From NCBI GenBank assembly GCA_963714865.1, contig CAVQPR010000001.1, forward strand, positions 1,875,560 through 1,939,559: a DNA stretch of 64,000 nt, given 5' to 3'. The DNA comes from an uncultured Actinomycetes bacterium. GTDB taxonomy: Bacteria; Actinomycetota; UBA4738; HRBIN12. Positions 45,835 through 56,112 of this stretch are shown piece by piece. The notes under the pieces are model-generated. The model saw only the letters and a program-made list of their open reading frames with translations. It was not told the DNA's origin and ran no database searches. The translations under genes and the position numbers were made by a program. Positions within the stretch are counted from its first letter, which is position 1. Each line of letters starts with the position of its first letter.

Positions 45835-46463
45835 TGCCGAGCCGGAGACGACGCGGGCTCCGGATCGCGGTGTGGATCGTCGTGTTCGCCGCGTGCGCCG
45901 GAGTGGGGGCGTTCATCGCCTCGCGGACCGATCCCTTCCCGCCCGGCGTCGAGGATCCCGGGGCTCGACCAACGACATCGAACTCGCCGCAAACGGGTAC
46001 GACGAGCCCTGAGCCCGAGGGCGAGCGATGGGCGGCGCTGATCGACAGCCGGACATGGCACGACCTGCCCGTCGGGGGTCGGTGTGTGAGCCTGTGGCGC
46101 AGCGAGCTGGAGCTCCTGGTGGATGCGAACGGGGCGATCACCGGCGACGGCGCGGCGACGCTGAAGTCGGACCTGACCTGCGACTTCGACGTCTCGCAGC
46201 TCCAGGCCGAAGAACTGCGGCTCGTCGCGACCGGCAGGGTCCGGGGTGACGAGCTGGTCTTCACGGTGTCCGAGCAGGGGCGTACCCCACCAGGGTCGAA
46301 GGACTATGGCGGGCTCACGAACACGCTCAACTTCTTGAAGTTTCGGGTTCCCGCGGTCGACGGCGAGGCGATCACCGTGAGCGTGGCCCGGCCGGCCGAT
46401 GCGGGGCGGGGGGAATACGGTTCCGTCAATCACCTGCGGCTGACCGGTCCCACCACAGCGTGA
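45834..46463 (+). CDS. Hypothetical N-terminally anchored protein
   Basis: TGATG junction with previous gene; basic N-terminus + TM (LRIAVWIVVFAACAGVGAFIA), Ser/Thr/Pro linker, soluble domain. Confidence 0.45.
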   Translation: MPSRRRRGLRIAVWIVVFAACAGVGAFIASRTDPFPPGVEDPGARPTTSNSPQTGTTSPEPEGERWAALIDSRTWHDLPVGGRCVSLWRSELELLVDANGAITGDGAATLKSDLTCDFDVSQLQAEELRLVATGRVRGDELVFTVSEQGRTPPGSKDYGGLTNTLNFLKFRVPAVDGEAITVSVARPADAGRGEYGSVNHLRLTGPTTA

Positions 46464-47259
46464 CGACGGCCTGATCCGAGGGCCCCACGGACCACAGGCC
46501 GTCGTGGGACTCCAGCCGGTCGCCGAGCGCCTCGCGGAGTTCGGTGTCGCGATCCGAGGTCAGGCCGAGCCGACGCCGAACGAGCGCGACCGCGTCCTCC
46601 GCCCTGACGAAGCCGCCTCCGTGGGGCTCTCGTGGACGGGTCTCCTGCGATGCGATGATGCCGAGCTCACCCAGGGCGGCCACGCACGTGTCCGCCGTCG
46701 GTCCCTCGGGCCGATCGAACCCCTGGAAGCGCAACCACAGATCCGACATCCATGCCAGCGGGTGACGCTCGGTGAGCTCGAGGACGATGCGGAACCGGGC
46801 GCGATCGGCGAGGGCGAGGGCGAACGGCGCAAGATCGGGGACGTTGTAGACCACGTGCCCACACACCACCACGTCGACGATCGGAGTCCGATCGACCGAG
46901 TCGGGCCAGGCACCGTGGATCGCCTCGGCCGAGACCCGGGCTTCCGCCGCGGTCTCGAGGAATGCCGTCAGGAGGGGCTCCTGCTGGTCCACGCCGACGA
47001 TCCATCCCGCGCGCCCGGCCAGGGGCAGCGAGGTGGCTCCGCCGCCGACGCCGACGTCGAGCACGGACCCGCCCTCGGGGAGCGCCTCCAGCGCCCGAAG
47101 CGTGGTGGGCGATGGCTCCGTACGCGCGGCCGCCGCCCGGCCGCGGCTCACGAATAGCTCGGTGGGGAACCCCCATGGGGACTCGGGCGCCGCGTCGAGG
47201 ATCGCCTGCGGTATCGCCATCGCCGCGAGCCCCTCGGACCAGTCAGCCTGTGCCGTCAT
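46426..47259 (-). CDS. Class I SAM-dependent methyltransferase
   Basis: SVLDVGVGGGATSLPLA motif I; 277 aa. Confidence 0.7.
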   Translation of the reverse strand: MTAQADWSEGLAAMAIPQAILDAAPESPWGFPTELFVSRGRAAAARTEPSPTTLRALEALPEGGSVLDVGVGGGATSLPLAGRAGWIVGVDQQEPLLTAFLETAAEARVSAEAIHGAWPDSVDRTPIVDVVVCGHVVYNVPDLAPFALALADRARFRIVLELTERHPLAWMSDLWLRFQGFDRPEGPTADTCVAALGELGIIASQETRPREPHGGGFVRAEDAVALVRRRLGLTSDRDTELREALGDRLESHDGLWSVGPSDQAVVTLWWDRSAAGD

Positions 47260-48404
47260 GGGCCCAGGACCTCCGCGTCGTGCTCGCCGAGAGTCGGTGG
47301 CCTTCGGACGACGGGGAGCGTATTCCCATCGAACCGGATCGGGTTGGCCACCAGCCGCAGGACGGCCGAACGGCGCTCATCCTCGATCTCTTGGACGAGC
47401 GCGGCACCTTCCGGCGAGGCGAAGACCTCGTCCATCGAGCGGATCGGGGCGCATGGAACGGACGCCGCGGCGAGCGCTGCCTGCCATCGGGCGGCCGTGC
47501 GTGTCACGAGGACCTCGGCCATGAGGGGCACGAGGGTCTCGCGGTGCTCAACGCGGGCCTCGTTGGTCGAGAACCGCTCGTCGTCGGCCCATTCTGGATG
47601 GCCGAGCACCTCACAGGTCCGACCGAAGATCCGGTCGTTGCCACCGGCGAGGATGAACGGGCGGTCGGAGGCGTGGAACACCTGGTACGGAACGATGTTG
47701 GGGTGCTCGCTGCCCATCGCCCGGGGGACCAGCCCGCCGATCAGGTAGTTGGATGCCTGATTCACCATCGCGGCGACGGCCGCGTCGAACAGGGACACGC
47801 TCACATGCCGTCCGGTCCCCGTGCGCTCGCGCTCGTGCAGCGCCGCCAGCACGCCGATGGCCGCCTGCAGGCCGGTCACCACGTCGAGGAGAGCGACGCC
47901 CGCCTTCGTCGGCTCTCCGCCGCGCTCGCCGGTCACGCTCATGAGGCCCGACAGGGCCTGCACGATGATGTCGTAGCCGGGCCGGCTTGCGTCGGGTGCC
48001 TCGGCTCCGAACGCCGTCAGCGAACAGGTGACGAGCCGCGTGTTCGCCTGCCGGAGCCGGCCCAGCCCCAGGCCCAGCTCCTCCATCAAACCGGGCCGGA
48101 AGTTCTCGATCACGACATCGGCGCCCAGGGCGAGGGTTCGAACGGACTCCACCCCCTGAGGGGTCTTCAGGTCCACGGCCACCGAGCGCTTGTTGCGGTT
48201 CAGGCCGAGGAAGTACGCGGCGTCCCCGCCGGCGAAGGGGGGTCCCCAATGACGGGTGTCGTCGCCCTCGCCCGGACGCTCGACCTTGATGATGTCGGCG
48301 CCCAGGTCTCCGAGCGTCATCGTGGCGAGCGGGCCCGCGAGCACGCGCGACAGATCGATCACACGCAGTCCGGCGAGCGGGGCCGGTGCCGCCGCATCAG
48401 TCAT
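47256..48404 (-). CDS. CaiB/BaiF family (class III) CoA-transferase
   Basis: LAGLRVIDLSRVLAGPLATMTLGDLGADIIKVERPGEGDDTRHWGPPF signature N-terminus. Confidence 0.85.
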   Translation of the reverse strand: MTDAAAPAPLAGLRVIDLSRVLAGPLATMTLGDLGADIIKVERPGEGDDTRHWGPPFAGGDAAYFLGLNRNKRSVAVDLKTPQGVESVRTLALGADVVIENFRPGLMEELGLGLGRLRQANTRLVTCSLTAFGAEAPDASRPGYDIIVQALSGLMSVTGERGGEPTKAGVALLDVVTGLQAAIGVLAALHERERTGTGRHVSVSLFDAAVAAMVNQASNYLIGGLVPRAMGSEHPNIVPYQVFHASDRPFILAGGNDRIFGRTCEVLGHPEWADDERFSTNEARVEHRETLVPLMAEVLVTRTAARWQAALAAASVPCAPIRSMDEVFASPEGAALVQEIEDERRSAVLRLVANPIRFDGNTLPVVRRPPTLGEHDAEVLGP

Positions 48405-48485
48405 AGCGCCAGCCTATCGTCCTGCAGGGATGCATCGGAACGCACCGTATGCAGGGGGAAGCGCAGTGTTCCATGATGAGGAGTC

Positions 48486-49196
48486 ATGAATGACGAATCC
48501 CTGGCGCGAGTGAACGCGTTCCTGGCTGCCGTGGTCGAGCGAACCGAGGTCGGCGAGGTACTGCAGGTCACGCCGGCCGAGATCGGCCGCGAGCTCGGCT
48601 TCCCCGACGCCCTGTCCACCGCGCGCGCTGTCCGGGCTCTCACGTCTCGTCGCCGGTTGCAGCCGGCCATGGGCTCCTACCGCCTCCTGGATGCCGCGCC
48701 GGTCGACGCCAGCGAGCGCGAGGCCATCGAACGCGCCCCCCGACGTCGTCGTCTCTCTCCCGCGTCGCCGCCCGCCGACCTGGATTCCGCGCGGTACTCC
48801 GATCTGGGACGAGCGGCGATCGACCGACTGATCCAGCTGGGCGGCGAGGTGGGGGAGCTCCGCGCGAGCGCGAGTCAGGCCCGCGAGGAACTGCGGGAGG
48901 CGCGCCGCGCCCGCGACGCGGCCGAGCAGGAGGCGCAGATGTACGCGGCTCGAGCCCGCGACCTCCAGGCGCGTGCCGAGATGGCCGAGTCGAACCTGCG
49001 TTCGCTGCTCGCGACGGCTAAGACGCCCGGCTCGTCGTCCGACGCCGTCTCCGATTCCGAGATGGAAGCGATCCTGGGGGTGCTCAAGGGGAGCGACGAG
49101 GACGAGGGCTCCGTATCCCCCGGACAGGCCCCGACCCCGATCCGAACGGAGTCAGTGCCCGAGGTCTCCCCCGAGGGCGGCGCGTCTCAGGACTGA
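48486..49196 (+). CDS. Hypothetical protein, wHTH-like N-terminus plus coiled coil and acidic tail
   Basis: 236 aa; VTPAEIGRELGFPDALSTARAVRALTSRRRL; heptad-like ELRASASQAREELREARRARDAAEQEAQMYAARARDLQARAEMAE. Confidence 0.45.
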   Translation: MNDESLARVNAFLAAVVERTEVGEVLQVTPAEIGRELGFPDALSTARAVRALTSRRRLQPAMGSYRLLDAAPVDASEREAIERAPRRRRLSPASPPADLDSARYSDLGRAAIDRLIQLGGEVGELRASASQAREELREARRARDAAEQEAQMYAARARDLQARAEMAESNLRSLLATAKTPGSSSDAVSDSEMEAILGVLKGSDEDEGSVSPGQAPTPIRTESVPEVSPEGGASQD

Positions 49197-50236
49197 GACG
49201 GTTCCATGTCGGCGGCGTGGCACGCCGCCCAATGCCCCGGCCGGAGCTCGCGAAGCGCGAGGTCCTCTCCCTTGCACCGTTCCTCGATGCCCAGCTCGGC
49301 CGCTCGCCCCGATGCGACGACCGGGCAACGCAGGTGGAACCGGCATCCCGGCGGGATCCGGGTGGGGTCGGGCGGCTCGCCGCGAAGGATCGGTCGCTCC
49401 GTGCCTCCAGCCTCGGGCACGACGTCGAGCAATGCCTTCGTGTACGGGTGGATGGGTCGCAGCAGCACGTCCTCGGTCGGGCCCGACTCGACCACACGTC
49501 CCAGGTACATCACGACCACACGATCGGCGATCGTCCATGCGAGCCCGAGATCATGAGTGATGACGAGGATGCTGATCTGGAGGTCGGCGCGCAGGTCCAT
49601 CAGGAGCTTGAGGATCTCACCGCGCACGGACGCGTCGAGGCTGGACACCGGCTCGTCGGCCACGATCACCTCGGGATGGAGCGCGAGAGCGCCGGCGATG
49701 ACCACTCGCTGGCGCTGGCCGCCTGACATCTCGTGCGGATACAAGAGGTAGAAGCTGTCGGGGGGACGCAGGCCGGCGCGCGACAGCGCGCTGGCGACAT
49801 GTTCCTCCTCGTTGCCCGGGACCTTGTGGACCCGCAGGCCCTCGGCGACGAGCTCGTAGATCGTCTTGCGGGGGTTCAGTGACCCCGTGGGGTCCTGGAA
49901 CACCATCTGCACGCGCCGACGGTATTCACGGATGTTGCCGGACCGGATCGACAGGCCCTCGTGGAGCACCTCGCCGCTCTCGGGCGTGAGAATCCCCATG
50001 ATCGCGCGCGCCAGCGTGGTCTTGCCGCAACCAGACTCGCCGGCGAGCGCGACGATCTCACCCTTGCCGAGCGAGAAGTCGACGCCGTCGACCGCCTTCG
50101 CGCTCGGCGCCGTCTTCCCGCGGAGCGAGTCGAACATGGGCTGGCGTCCGGCGAAGTTGACGTGGAGGTTCTTGACCTCGAGCGCCGGCACCTCCGGAGG
50201 CTGCGCGGCGACGATGTCGGCCTCGGTGCTTGTCAT
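49187..50236 (-). CDS. Oligopeptide/dipeptide ABC transporter ATP-binding protein (OppF/DppF-like)
   Basis: GESGCGKTT, SGGQRQRVVIAGAL, ADEPVSSLD, C-terminal oligopeptide-type extension with CRFHLRCP. Confidence 0.85.
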   Translation of the reverse strand: MTSTEADIVAAQPPEVPALEVKNLHVNFAGRQPMFDSLRGKTAPSAKAVDGVDFSLGKGEIVALAGESGCGKTTLARAIMGILTPESGEVLHEGLSIRSGNIREYRRRVQMVFQDPTGSLNPRKTIYELVAEGLRVHKVPGNEEEHVASALSRAGLRPPDSFYLLYPHEMSGGQRQRVVIAGALALHPEVIVADEPVSSLDASVRGEILKLLMDLRADLQISILVITHDLGLAWTIADRVVVMYLGRVVESGPTEDVLLRPIHPYTKALLDVVPEAGGTERPILRGEPPDPTRIPPGCRFHLRCPVVASGRAAELGIEERCKGEDLALRELRPGHWAACHAADMEPSQS

Positions 50237-51279
50237 GGGGTCGGCTCCGCGAGCGATTCCGCTTCTTGGTCGGCCACGGCGCGATCGTGTTCCGCTTGCT
50301 TGTTCTTGGCGCGATCGAGCGCCCCGTCGACCAGGAGGCATGCCGCCCGGCGCCCATCGCCTGACGCGTACAGGTCGGGGTTCAGCTCCTTGCAGTCGTC
50401 GAACGCCTCCGGGCAGCGCTCGTGGAAGCTGCATCCGTTGGGGATGCTCCGCGGGTTCGGCGGGTCGCCGGGGAGGCCGGAGGGCTTGCCGCGGAACCGT
50501 TCGTCGCCGATCGCCGGGAACGCGGCGGCCAGCGCGGCGGTGTAGGGGTGCGCGGGCGACTCGAACACCGTGGCTGCCGGTCCTTCCTCGACGATCTTGC
50601 CGGCGTACATGATCGCGAGGCGGTCCGAGACCTCGACCAGGACCGACAGGTCGTGCGTGATGAACATCATCGCCAGGCCCAGGTCGTGTTGAAGCTCCTT
50701 CAGGAGTTTGAGCACCTGGGCCTGGACCATCACGTCGAGCGCGGTCGTCGGCTCGTCGGCGATCACGAGGCTTGGGCCGCAGGCGAGGGCCATGGCGATC
50801 ATCACTCGCTGCTTCTGGCCTCCCGACAGCTCGTGGGGGTAGTCGTCGATCCTGCGGGCGGGGAGTCCCACCTGCTCGAGCAGGGCGCCCACCCGGACCC
50901 TGGCCTGTTTGTCGTCGGCCTGCTTGTGCACGACGATCGGCTCGGCAAGTTGCTCGCCGATCCGTTTCACAGGGTTCATCGCATGCATCGCGCCCTGGAA
51001 CACGATCGACGCCCCCGACCAGCGCACCGCGCGAAGCCTTCCAGGCGACATCGTGAGGATGTCCTCGCCGTCGAGCAGCACCGTGCCCTCGATCTTCGTG
51101 CCCTTCGGGTGCAGGCGCAGTAGCGCAGATGCGATCGTGGACTTGCCGCAGCCGGACTCGCCGGCGAGCCCGAGGACCTCGCCCTTGTCGATCCGCATGT
51201 CGACGCCCCGGACGGCCGGCACGCCGCCGGCCATCGTCGAGTAGGTGACGCGCAGGTCGTTGACCTCGAGGACGCTCAT
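50233..51279 (-). CDS. Oligopeptide/dipeptide ABC transporter ATP-binding protein (OppD/DppD-like)
   Basis: [34 protein letters not shown]-terminal CSFHERCP. Confidence 0.85.
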   Translation of the reverse strand: MSVLEVNDLRVTYSTMAGGVPAVRGVDMRIDKGEVLGLAGESGCGKSTIASALLRLHPKGTKIEGTVLLDGEDILTMSPGRLRAVRWSGASIVFQGAMHAMNPVKRIGEQLAEPIVVHKQADDKQARVRVGALLEQVGLPARRIDDYPHELSGGQKQRVMIAMALACGPSLVIADEPTTALDVMVQAQVLKLLKELQHDLGLAMMFITHDLSVLVEVSDRLAIMYAGKIVEEGPAATVFESPAHPYTAALAAAFPAIGDERFRGKPSGLPGDPPNPRSIPNGCSFHERCPEAFDDCKELNPDLYASGDGRRAACLLVDGALDRAKNKQAEHDRAVADQEAESLAEPTP

Positions 51280-52229
51280 CGCTTCCTCAGCCTCGGGTTC
51301 ATGACCTCGTCGAGGGCGAACCCGCACATGGTGAACGACAGGGTGACCACCACGATCGCGATACCGGGTGGGATCAACCACCACCAATACCCGGCCGACA
51401 GGGCGCCGGCCTCGAACGACTCGTTGATGATCGTTCCCCACGAGATCGAATTGGGGTCGCCCAGTCCGAGCAGCGCCAGCGTGGTCTCCGACAGGATCGA
51501 CAGTGCCACCGTCAGCACGGTGTTGGCGAAGATGATCGGGAAGACGTTGGGCAGGATGTGGCGGGTGATCATGTGCCAGTTGCTGGCGCCGAGCGCCTCG
51601 GATCGTTCGACGAAGGGCCGCTCCCGAACACTCAGAGCCTGCGCCCGCACCAGGCGCGCCGTGCCCGCCCACGACGTGATCCCGATGACCATGATGATGT
51701 TGAACAGGGACGGCCCGAGAAGCGACGTGAGAACGATCGCCAGCGCGATCCACGGGATCACCAGGAACCAGTTCGTGAACGCGTTGAGTACCGAGTCGAT
51801 CCTGCCGCCGTAGTAGCCCCCATATATGCCAACTCCCGCTCCGAGGGTGATCGTGACGAAGGTGGCGGCCAGGCCGACGAGCAGGGAGATCCGGGCGCCG
51901 TAGATAACCATCGCGAAGACGTCTCGACCGAAGTTGTCGGTCCCGAGCCAGTGCTCGAGGCTCGGGGGTGAGAACGGGACGCCGGTCGCGAGCGCGGGGT
52001 CGAGGTCCGTCGGGTCGATGATGAACGGAGCCAACAGAGCAAGTAGCACGATGATCACGAGGATGATAAGTCCCGCCATCCCCATGGAGTTGCGTCGGTA
52101 GACCGCCCAGAATCGCCGCAGAGCGATCCGTCGTCGCTTCCACGCGATCGACCGGGCGCTCTTGACCACTGGATCCCTCGGTTCGGGCGGGGTCGGCTCC
52201 TGCGGCGGGGCGGTGGGCGTCATCGTCAT
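51276..52229 (-). CDS. Peptide ABC transporter permease (OppC/DppC-like)
   Basis: 317 aa, 6 TM, EAA-type loop ERPFVERSEALGASNWHMITRHILPN. Confidence 0.85.
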   Translation of the reverse strand: MTMTPTAPPQEPTPPEPRDPVVKSARSIAWKRRRIALRRFWAVYRRNSMGMAGLIILVIIVLLALLAPFIIDPTDLDPALATGVPFSPPSLEHWLGTDNFGRDVFAMVIYGARISLLVGLAATFVTITLGAGVGIYGGYYGGRIDSVLNAFTNWFLVIPWIALAIVLTSLLGPSLFNIIMVIGITSWAGTARLVRAQALSVRERPFVERSEALGASNWHMITRHILPNVFPIIFANTVLTVALSILSETTLALLGLGDPNSISWGTIINESFEAGALSAGYWWWLIPPGIAIVVVTLSFTMCGFALDEVMNPRLRKR

Positions 52230-52233
52230 CGGA

Positions 52234-53202
52234 TCAGGCCTCCCGGATCCGCGGGTCGACGTAGCCGTAGAGGAGGTCGGCGAGCAGGTTGAAGAAGATC
52301 ACTGCCGCGCTGAACAGCAGGAAGATCCCCTGGATCAGCGGGTAGTCCAGCTCCTGGATCGCCTGGTACGTGAGCTGGCCCAGCCCCGGCCACGAGTACA
52401 CCGTTTCGACGATGATCGACCCCCCGAGGACGAACCCCAGGCTGTAGAAGACCAGCGTGAATGTCGGCAGTAGCGCGTTCGGCACGGCATGGTAGCGACG
52501 CACCGACTTGTCGCGGAGCCCCTTGGCTCGGGCCGTCTGGATGAAGTCCTCCTCCTTGACCTCCAGGAGGGAAGATCGCATGAAGATCGCGTACTCGCCG
52601 ATGTAGCCAAGAGTCAGCGTCAGCATCGGTAAGAACAGATGGTTCAGCACGTCGGCGATGTAGGCCAGGCCGGTCTCGTCACCGCCAGAGGAGTAGCCAC
52701 CGGCGGGGAACCATCCCAACGTGCCGGCAAACACGATGAGCAGGATCATGCCGAGCCAGCCCTCCGGCATCGAGTACAGCACGAGGGATCCCATCAGGGA
52801 TGACGTATCGAACGTGCTCCCGCGCCGCCACCCGCCCTTGATCCCGATGAGGATCCCGAACAACGTCGAGAAGAAGGTGGCCGTGCCGACGAGGAGGACC
52901 GTGGGCCACACGCGGTCTCGGATCAGCTCGGTCACCGGCACCGCCGACTGGAGCCCGACGCCGAACTGCCCGGTCAGCGTGTTCCCCATGTAGATCACGT
53001 ACTGCTCGACCATGGGCTTGTCGAGGCCGAGGTTCGCCTGGAGCTCGGCGACGTCGGCGCGGCTGAGGCGCTGGCTGCGGGCCAAGAGCGTGACCGGGTC
53101 GCTCGGCATGACCCGGAACAGGAAGAAGTTGAACGTGAGGACGAAGATCAGGGTGCTGATCGCTTGGAGTATCTTGCGTACCAAGTACCTTCGCGATCCC
53201 AT
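52234..53202 (-). CDS. Peptide ABC transporter permease (OppB/DppB-like)
   Basis: 322 aa; YLVRKILQAISTLIFVLTFNFFLFRVMPSDP N-terminus, loop EDFIQTARAKGLRDKSVRRYHAVPNA. Confidence 0.85.
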   Translation of the reverse strand: MGSRRYLVRKILQAISTLIFVLTFNFFLFRVMPSDPVTLLARSQRLSRADVAELQANLGLDKPMVEQYVIYMGNTLTGQFGVGLQSAVPVTELIRDRVWPTVLLVGTATFFSTLFGILIGIKGGWRRGSTFDTSSLMGSLVLYSMPEGWLGMILLIVFAGTLGWFPAGGYSSGGDETGLAYIADVLNHLFLPMLTLTLGYIGEYAIFMRSSLLEVKEEDFIQTARAKGLRDKSVRRYHAVPNALLPTFTLVFYSLGFVLGGSIIVETVYSWPGLGQLTYQAIQELDYPLIQGIFLLFSAAVIFFNLLADLLYGYVDPRIREA

Positions 53203-53247
53203 CCCCGATCTTCGCCCTCCTCCCTCGTCTTCGATCGTCCGTGTGGC

Positions 53248-55089
53248 CTAGATCTCCTCGTCGTCCGCGCCGCCCCTACGACGGGACAATATGACAGCGC
53301 CGATGATCATGATCACGCCAACAAGGATCGCGGCCCAGACCCAGGGCGGGATCCCCGTGCTCGAGGCCTCGGCCACTTCGGCAGCCTTCTCCTCACTCAC
53401 GGGGACCAGGTTCATGTAGGACTCGTTGTTCCATCCGAACAGGAGGAGTCCGTTCTCCACCGCGGGCGAAAGGACGTAGCCCTCGAACCGGTCGGCACGA
53501 TAGGCCTGCAGGTCGGACCAATAGTTGAGGACGATGCTCGGCAACTCCTCGGCGATCATCTCCTGCATCTGGTCGATCGTCGCCTTGCGCTCGTCTCGGT
53601 CGATCTGGGTCTGCTGCAGCTTGTAGAGGTCGTCGTACTCGGGGTTCGAGTAGCACCCGTCGCTCCAGCCCAGGCACTGGTCGGTGGTGAACACCGACAG
53701 CATGAAGTCGGGGTCGGGGTCGGGACACCAGTCCCACACGGACACGTCCCACTCGCCCGTGTACCACAGGTCATAGGCCTTGTTCGTGTTCACGGTGATG
53801 AACTCGACCTGGATGCCGATCTCGGCGAGGTTGCTCTTCAAGAGCTTGCCAGTGTCGACGGATCCGGTGACGTCGCTGATGGTCAAGAACTCCCAGATCA
53901 ACGGGTCGGAGCCGTCGGGCATCTCTCGGACGCCATCGCCGTCGGTGTCGAGGTAACCCGCGTCATCGAGCATCTGGTTGGCCTTCGCCGGGTCGTAGGC
54001 GAATTCCAACTCCGGCGGGATGTCGTGATACCAGAACCCGTTCGAGCCGGGCATCAGGACGCTGTCACCGAGGGTGGCGGTCCCCTGGTACACCTTGTCG
54101 ACGATGGCCTGCTTGTCGATGGCGGTGGCCACGGCCTGTCGCACGGTCACGTCCTGCATCGCCGGGTGGTTCGTCTCCGTGCCTCCTTGACCACCGAAGT
54201 TGAAGTTGATGTCGCCCCAGCACCCTCCGTCCGCGACGTGGGTGCCGATGGTGGCATCGCCTTGCAGGCTGTTGAACAGCGACGGCGTCAGGCCGTCGGC
54301 GAAGTCGATCTCTCCCTGCTTGAGCGCCTGCGTCATGGCCTCTTGGCTCGAGTAGAAGCGGAGGTAGACCTCATCGATCGACGCGGGGGTCCCGCCCCAG
54401 TAGTCGGGGTTGGCCTCCAGGCGCAGGTACTGGCCCTTCTTCCACTCGACGAAACGGAACGGGCCCGACCCGATCGGCGGGTTGTTCTTGTACTCCTTGA
54501 CGGCCTTCTTCGTCTCCTGGGCGTCGCCCTCGGTCACGAACTGCTCCCAGATGTGCTTCGGCACGATCGGGATGTAGGGGGGAACCTCAGGAGCGAACGT
54601 GGGTTCGGTGCTCGTCCAGAGGATCGTCGTCTCGTCCACCACCTCGAACGTCGGATCGAACGGGAGGTAGTCCTTGTAGAAGGGCATCTTGTTGTCAGCG
54701 ATCAGGCTGAACGAGAACTGGATGTCCTCGGCCGTGACCGGCTGTCCATCGTGCCATACGGCGTCGTCGCGGACGGTCAGCGTCCACGTCATGCTGTCCG
54801 CGCTGGGCACCCATTCCGTGATGAGCTCGGGGGCCGGCGATAGGTCATCGCCGAATCCGATCGCCAGGTCGTACACGAGGCCGAGGTACTCGTAATCGGG
54901 TCCGCAGCACAGGTTGTACGGATTCAGACTCGTGATGTCGGAGTCCACCCCGACGTTGAACACGACCTTCTCATCGGTCGTGGCCGCCGACGGCGTCTCG
55001 GACTGGGCGAGCACCGGTGTGACCGCCCCCATCACGAGCGCGGCTCCCACCAGCGCGGCCATCGCGACCCTCGTGCGGGTCAGTTGCAT
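53248..55089 (-). CDS. Family-5 (peptide/nickel type) ABC substrate-binding protein with Sec signal and an extra C-terminal TM anchor
   Basis: AAGGGAG SD before ATG 55089; signal VAMAALVGAALVMGAVTPVLAQ; family-5 core (GSGPFRFVEWKKGQYLRLEANPDYWGG); C-terminal PPWVWAAILVGVIMIIGAVILSRRRG. Confidence 0.85.
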   Translation of the reverse strand: MQLTRTRVAMAALVGAALVMGAVTPVLAQSETPSAATTDEKVVFNVGVDSDITSLNPYNLCCGPDYEYLGLVYDLAIGFGDDLSPAPELITEWVPSADSMTWTLTVRDDAVWHDGQPVTAEDIQFSFSLIADNKMPFYKDYLPFDPTFEVVDETTILWTSTEPTFAPEVPPYIPIVPKHIWEQFVTEGDAQETKKAVKEYKNNPPIGSGPFRFVEWKKGQYLRLEANPDYWGGTPASIDEVYLRFYSSQEAMTQALKQGEIDFADGLTPSLFNSLQGDATIGTHVADGGCWGDINFNFGGQGGTETNHPAMQDVTVRQAVATAIDKQAIVDKVYQGTATLGDSVLMPGSNGFWYHDIPPELEFAYDPAKANQMLDDAGYLDTDGDGVREMPDGSDPLIWEFLTISDVTGSVDTGKLLKSNLAEIGIQVEFITVNTNKAYDLWYTGEWDVSVWDWCPDPDPDFMLSVFTTDQCLGWSDGCYSNPEYDDLYKLQQTQIDRDERKATIDQMQEMIAEELPSIVLNYWSDLQAYRADRFEGYVLSPAVENGLLLFGWNNESYMNLVPVSEEKAAEVAEASSTGIPPWVWAAILVGVIMIIGAVILSRRRGGADDEEI

Positions 55090-55122
55090 GGGTTCTCCCT
55101 TCCGTTCACTGCTCAATCCTCT

Positions 55123-56112
55123 TTACGTTGGGGCGCGTACGCCCGGTTCATCGATCACGAGCGTGCGGGCGTCCGCGTCGAGCGTCGCCTGCACGCCGAG
55201 GGGCACGGTGGCCAGATGCTTCCCGTGCCCCAATGGGAGCTTGTATAGCACCGGGACCCCCAATGGCGCTAACTGGCGCTCGAGAGCGTCCTCGAGAGAT
55301 CGGTTCCTCGGGGCCTCAGGTTTCTCCTCGCTCCAGTCACATCCCTTCATCTCCGCCACGACGATCCCCGCCACGCCATCCAGCTTGCCCGCCAAGCGAA
55401 GTTGATCCAGGTGCACCTCGAGCACGTAGGTCGGCGTGTCCACCTCTTCGATCAGCAGGATCGCGCCGTCGAACACCGGATCCCAGGGCGTCCCGATCAG
55501 GTGAACGAATGTGAACAGGTTCCCGCCGACGAGCGGCGCGCTCACCCGGCCCGAGGCGATCGTGCCCACGTAGGGGTCGTCGGGATCGCGAGGCACCTCG
55601 CCCGGGGCTCCTCGAGCGAATCCATCGATCGCGGAGTCCCACGTGAACGCGGTGCGCTCGGGGATGCCCATCGAGCCGAACCCCGGCCCGTGCAGCGTCG
55701 CCAACCCGGCCCGCTGTCGGATCGCGACGTGCAGGTTCGTGATGTCCGAGTAGCCCATCAGCGCCTTGGGGTGCTCGGCGATCAGGTCGTAGTCGAGGAA
55801 CGGGAGCACCTGCATGGCTCCCGTCCCGCCCCACAAGACCTGGATCGCGTCCACCTCGGGGTCGGCGAACAGGACGTTGAGGTCCTCGGCCCGGTCCTCG
55901 CCGGTGCCCGCGATGTAGTCGTCCTTCGCCCACACGCCGTCGGTGAGCTTGACGCGGTACCCGCGCGACTCCCACCACTCTTTCGGGCGGGTGATGTCGC
56001 TCCGGTTGTAATACGGGCCGGAGGGCGCGCACACGCCGATCGTGCCGCCCTCAGGGAGCGGCGGGCCGAACCGGGTCGCCCTGACCTGAGCCGGCGGGGT
56101 GTCCCGGATCAT
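55123..56112 (-). CDS. LD-carboxypeptidase (peptidase S66, LdcA-like)
   Basis: GVCAPSGP, GYSDITNLH (nucleophile Ser context), LIEEV, PLGHGKH motifs. Confidence 0.8.
   Translation of the reverse strand: MIRDTPPAQVRATRFGPPLPEGGTIGVCAPSGPYYNRSDITRPKEWWESRGYRVKLTDGVWAKDDYIAGTGEDRAEDLNVLFADPEVDAIQVLWGGTGAMQVLPFLDYDLIAEHPKALMGYSDITNLHVAIRQRAGLATLHGPGFGSMGIPERTAFTWDSAIDGFARGAPGEVPRDPDDPYVGTIASGRVSAPLVGGNLFTFVHLIGTPWDPVFDGAILLIEEVDTPTYVLEVHLDQLRLAGKLDGVAGIVVAEMKGCDWSEEKPEAPRNRSLEDALERQLAPLGVPVLYKLPLGHGKHLATVPLGVQATLDADARTLVIDEPGVRAPT

Noticed and set aside
48404-48486. Direct repeat TGCAGGG-N21-TGCAGGG upstream of the wHTH/coiled-coil gene as an operator
   Set aside because: It is only a 7-nt repeat in GC-rich DNA, easily a chance occurrence, and I could not see any supporting palindrome.
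53164-54843. 559-aa plus-strand ORF
   Set aside because: It is antisense to the family-5 SBP gene. It is V/G/R/D/L-rich with no recognisable domain.
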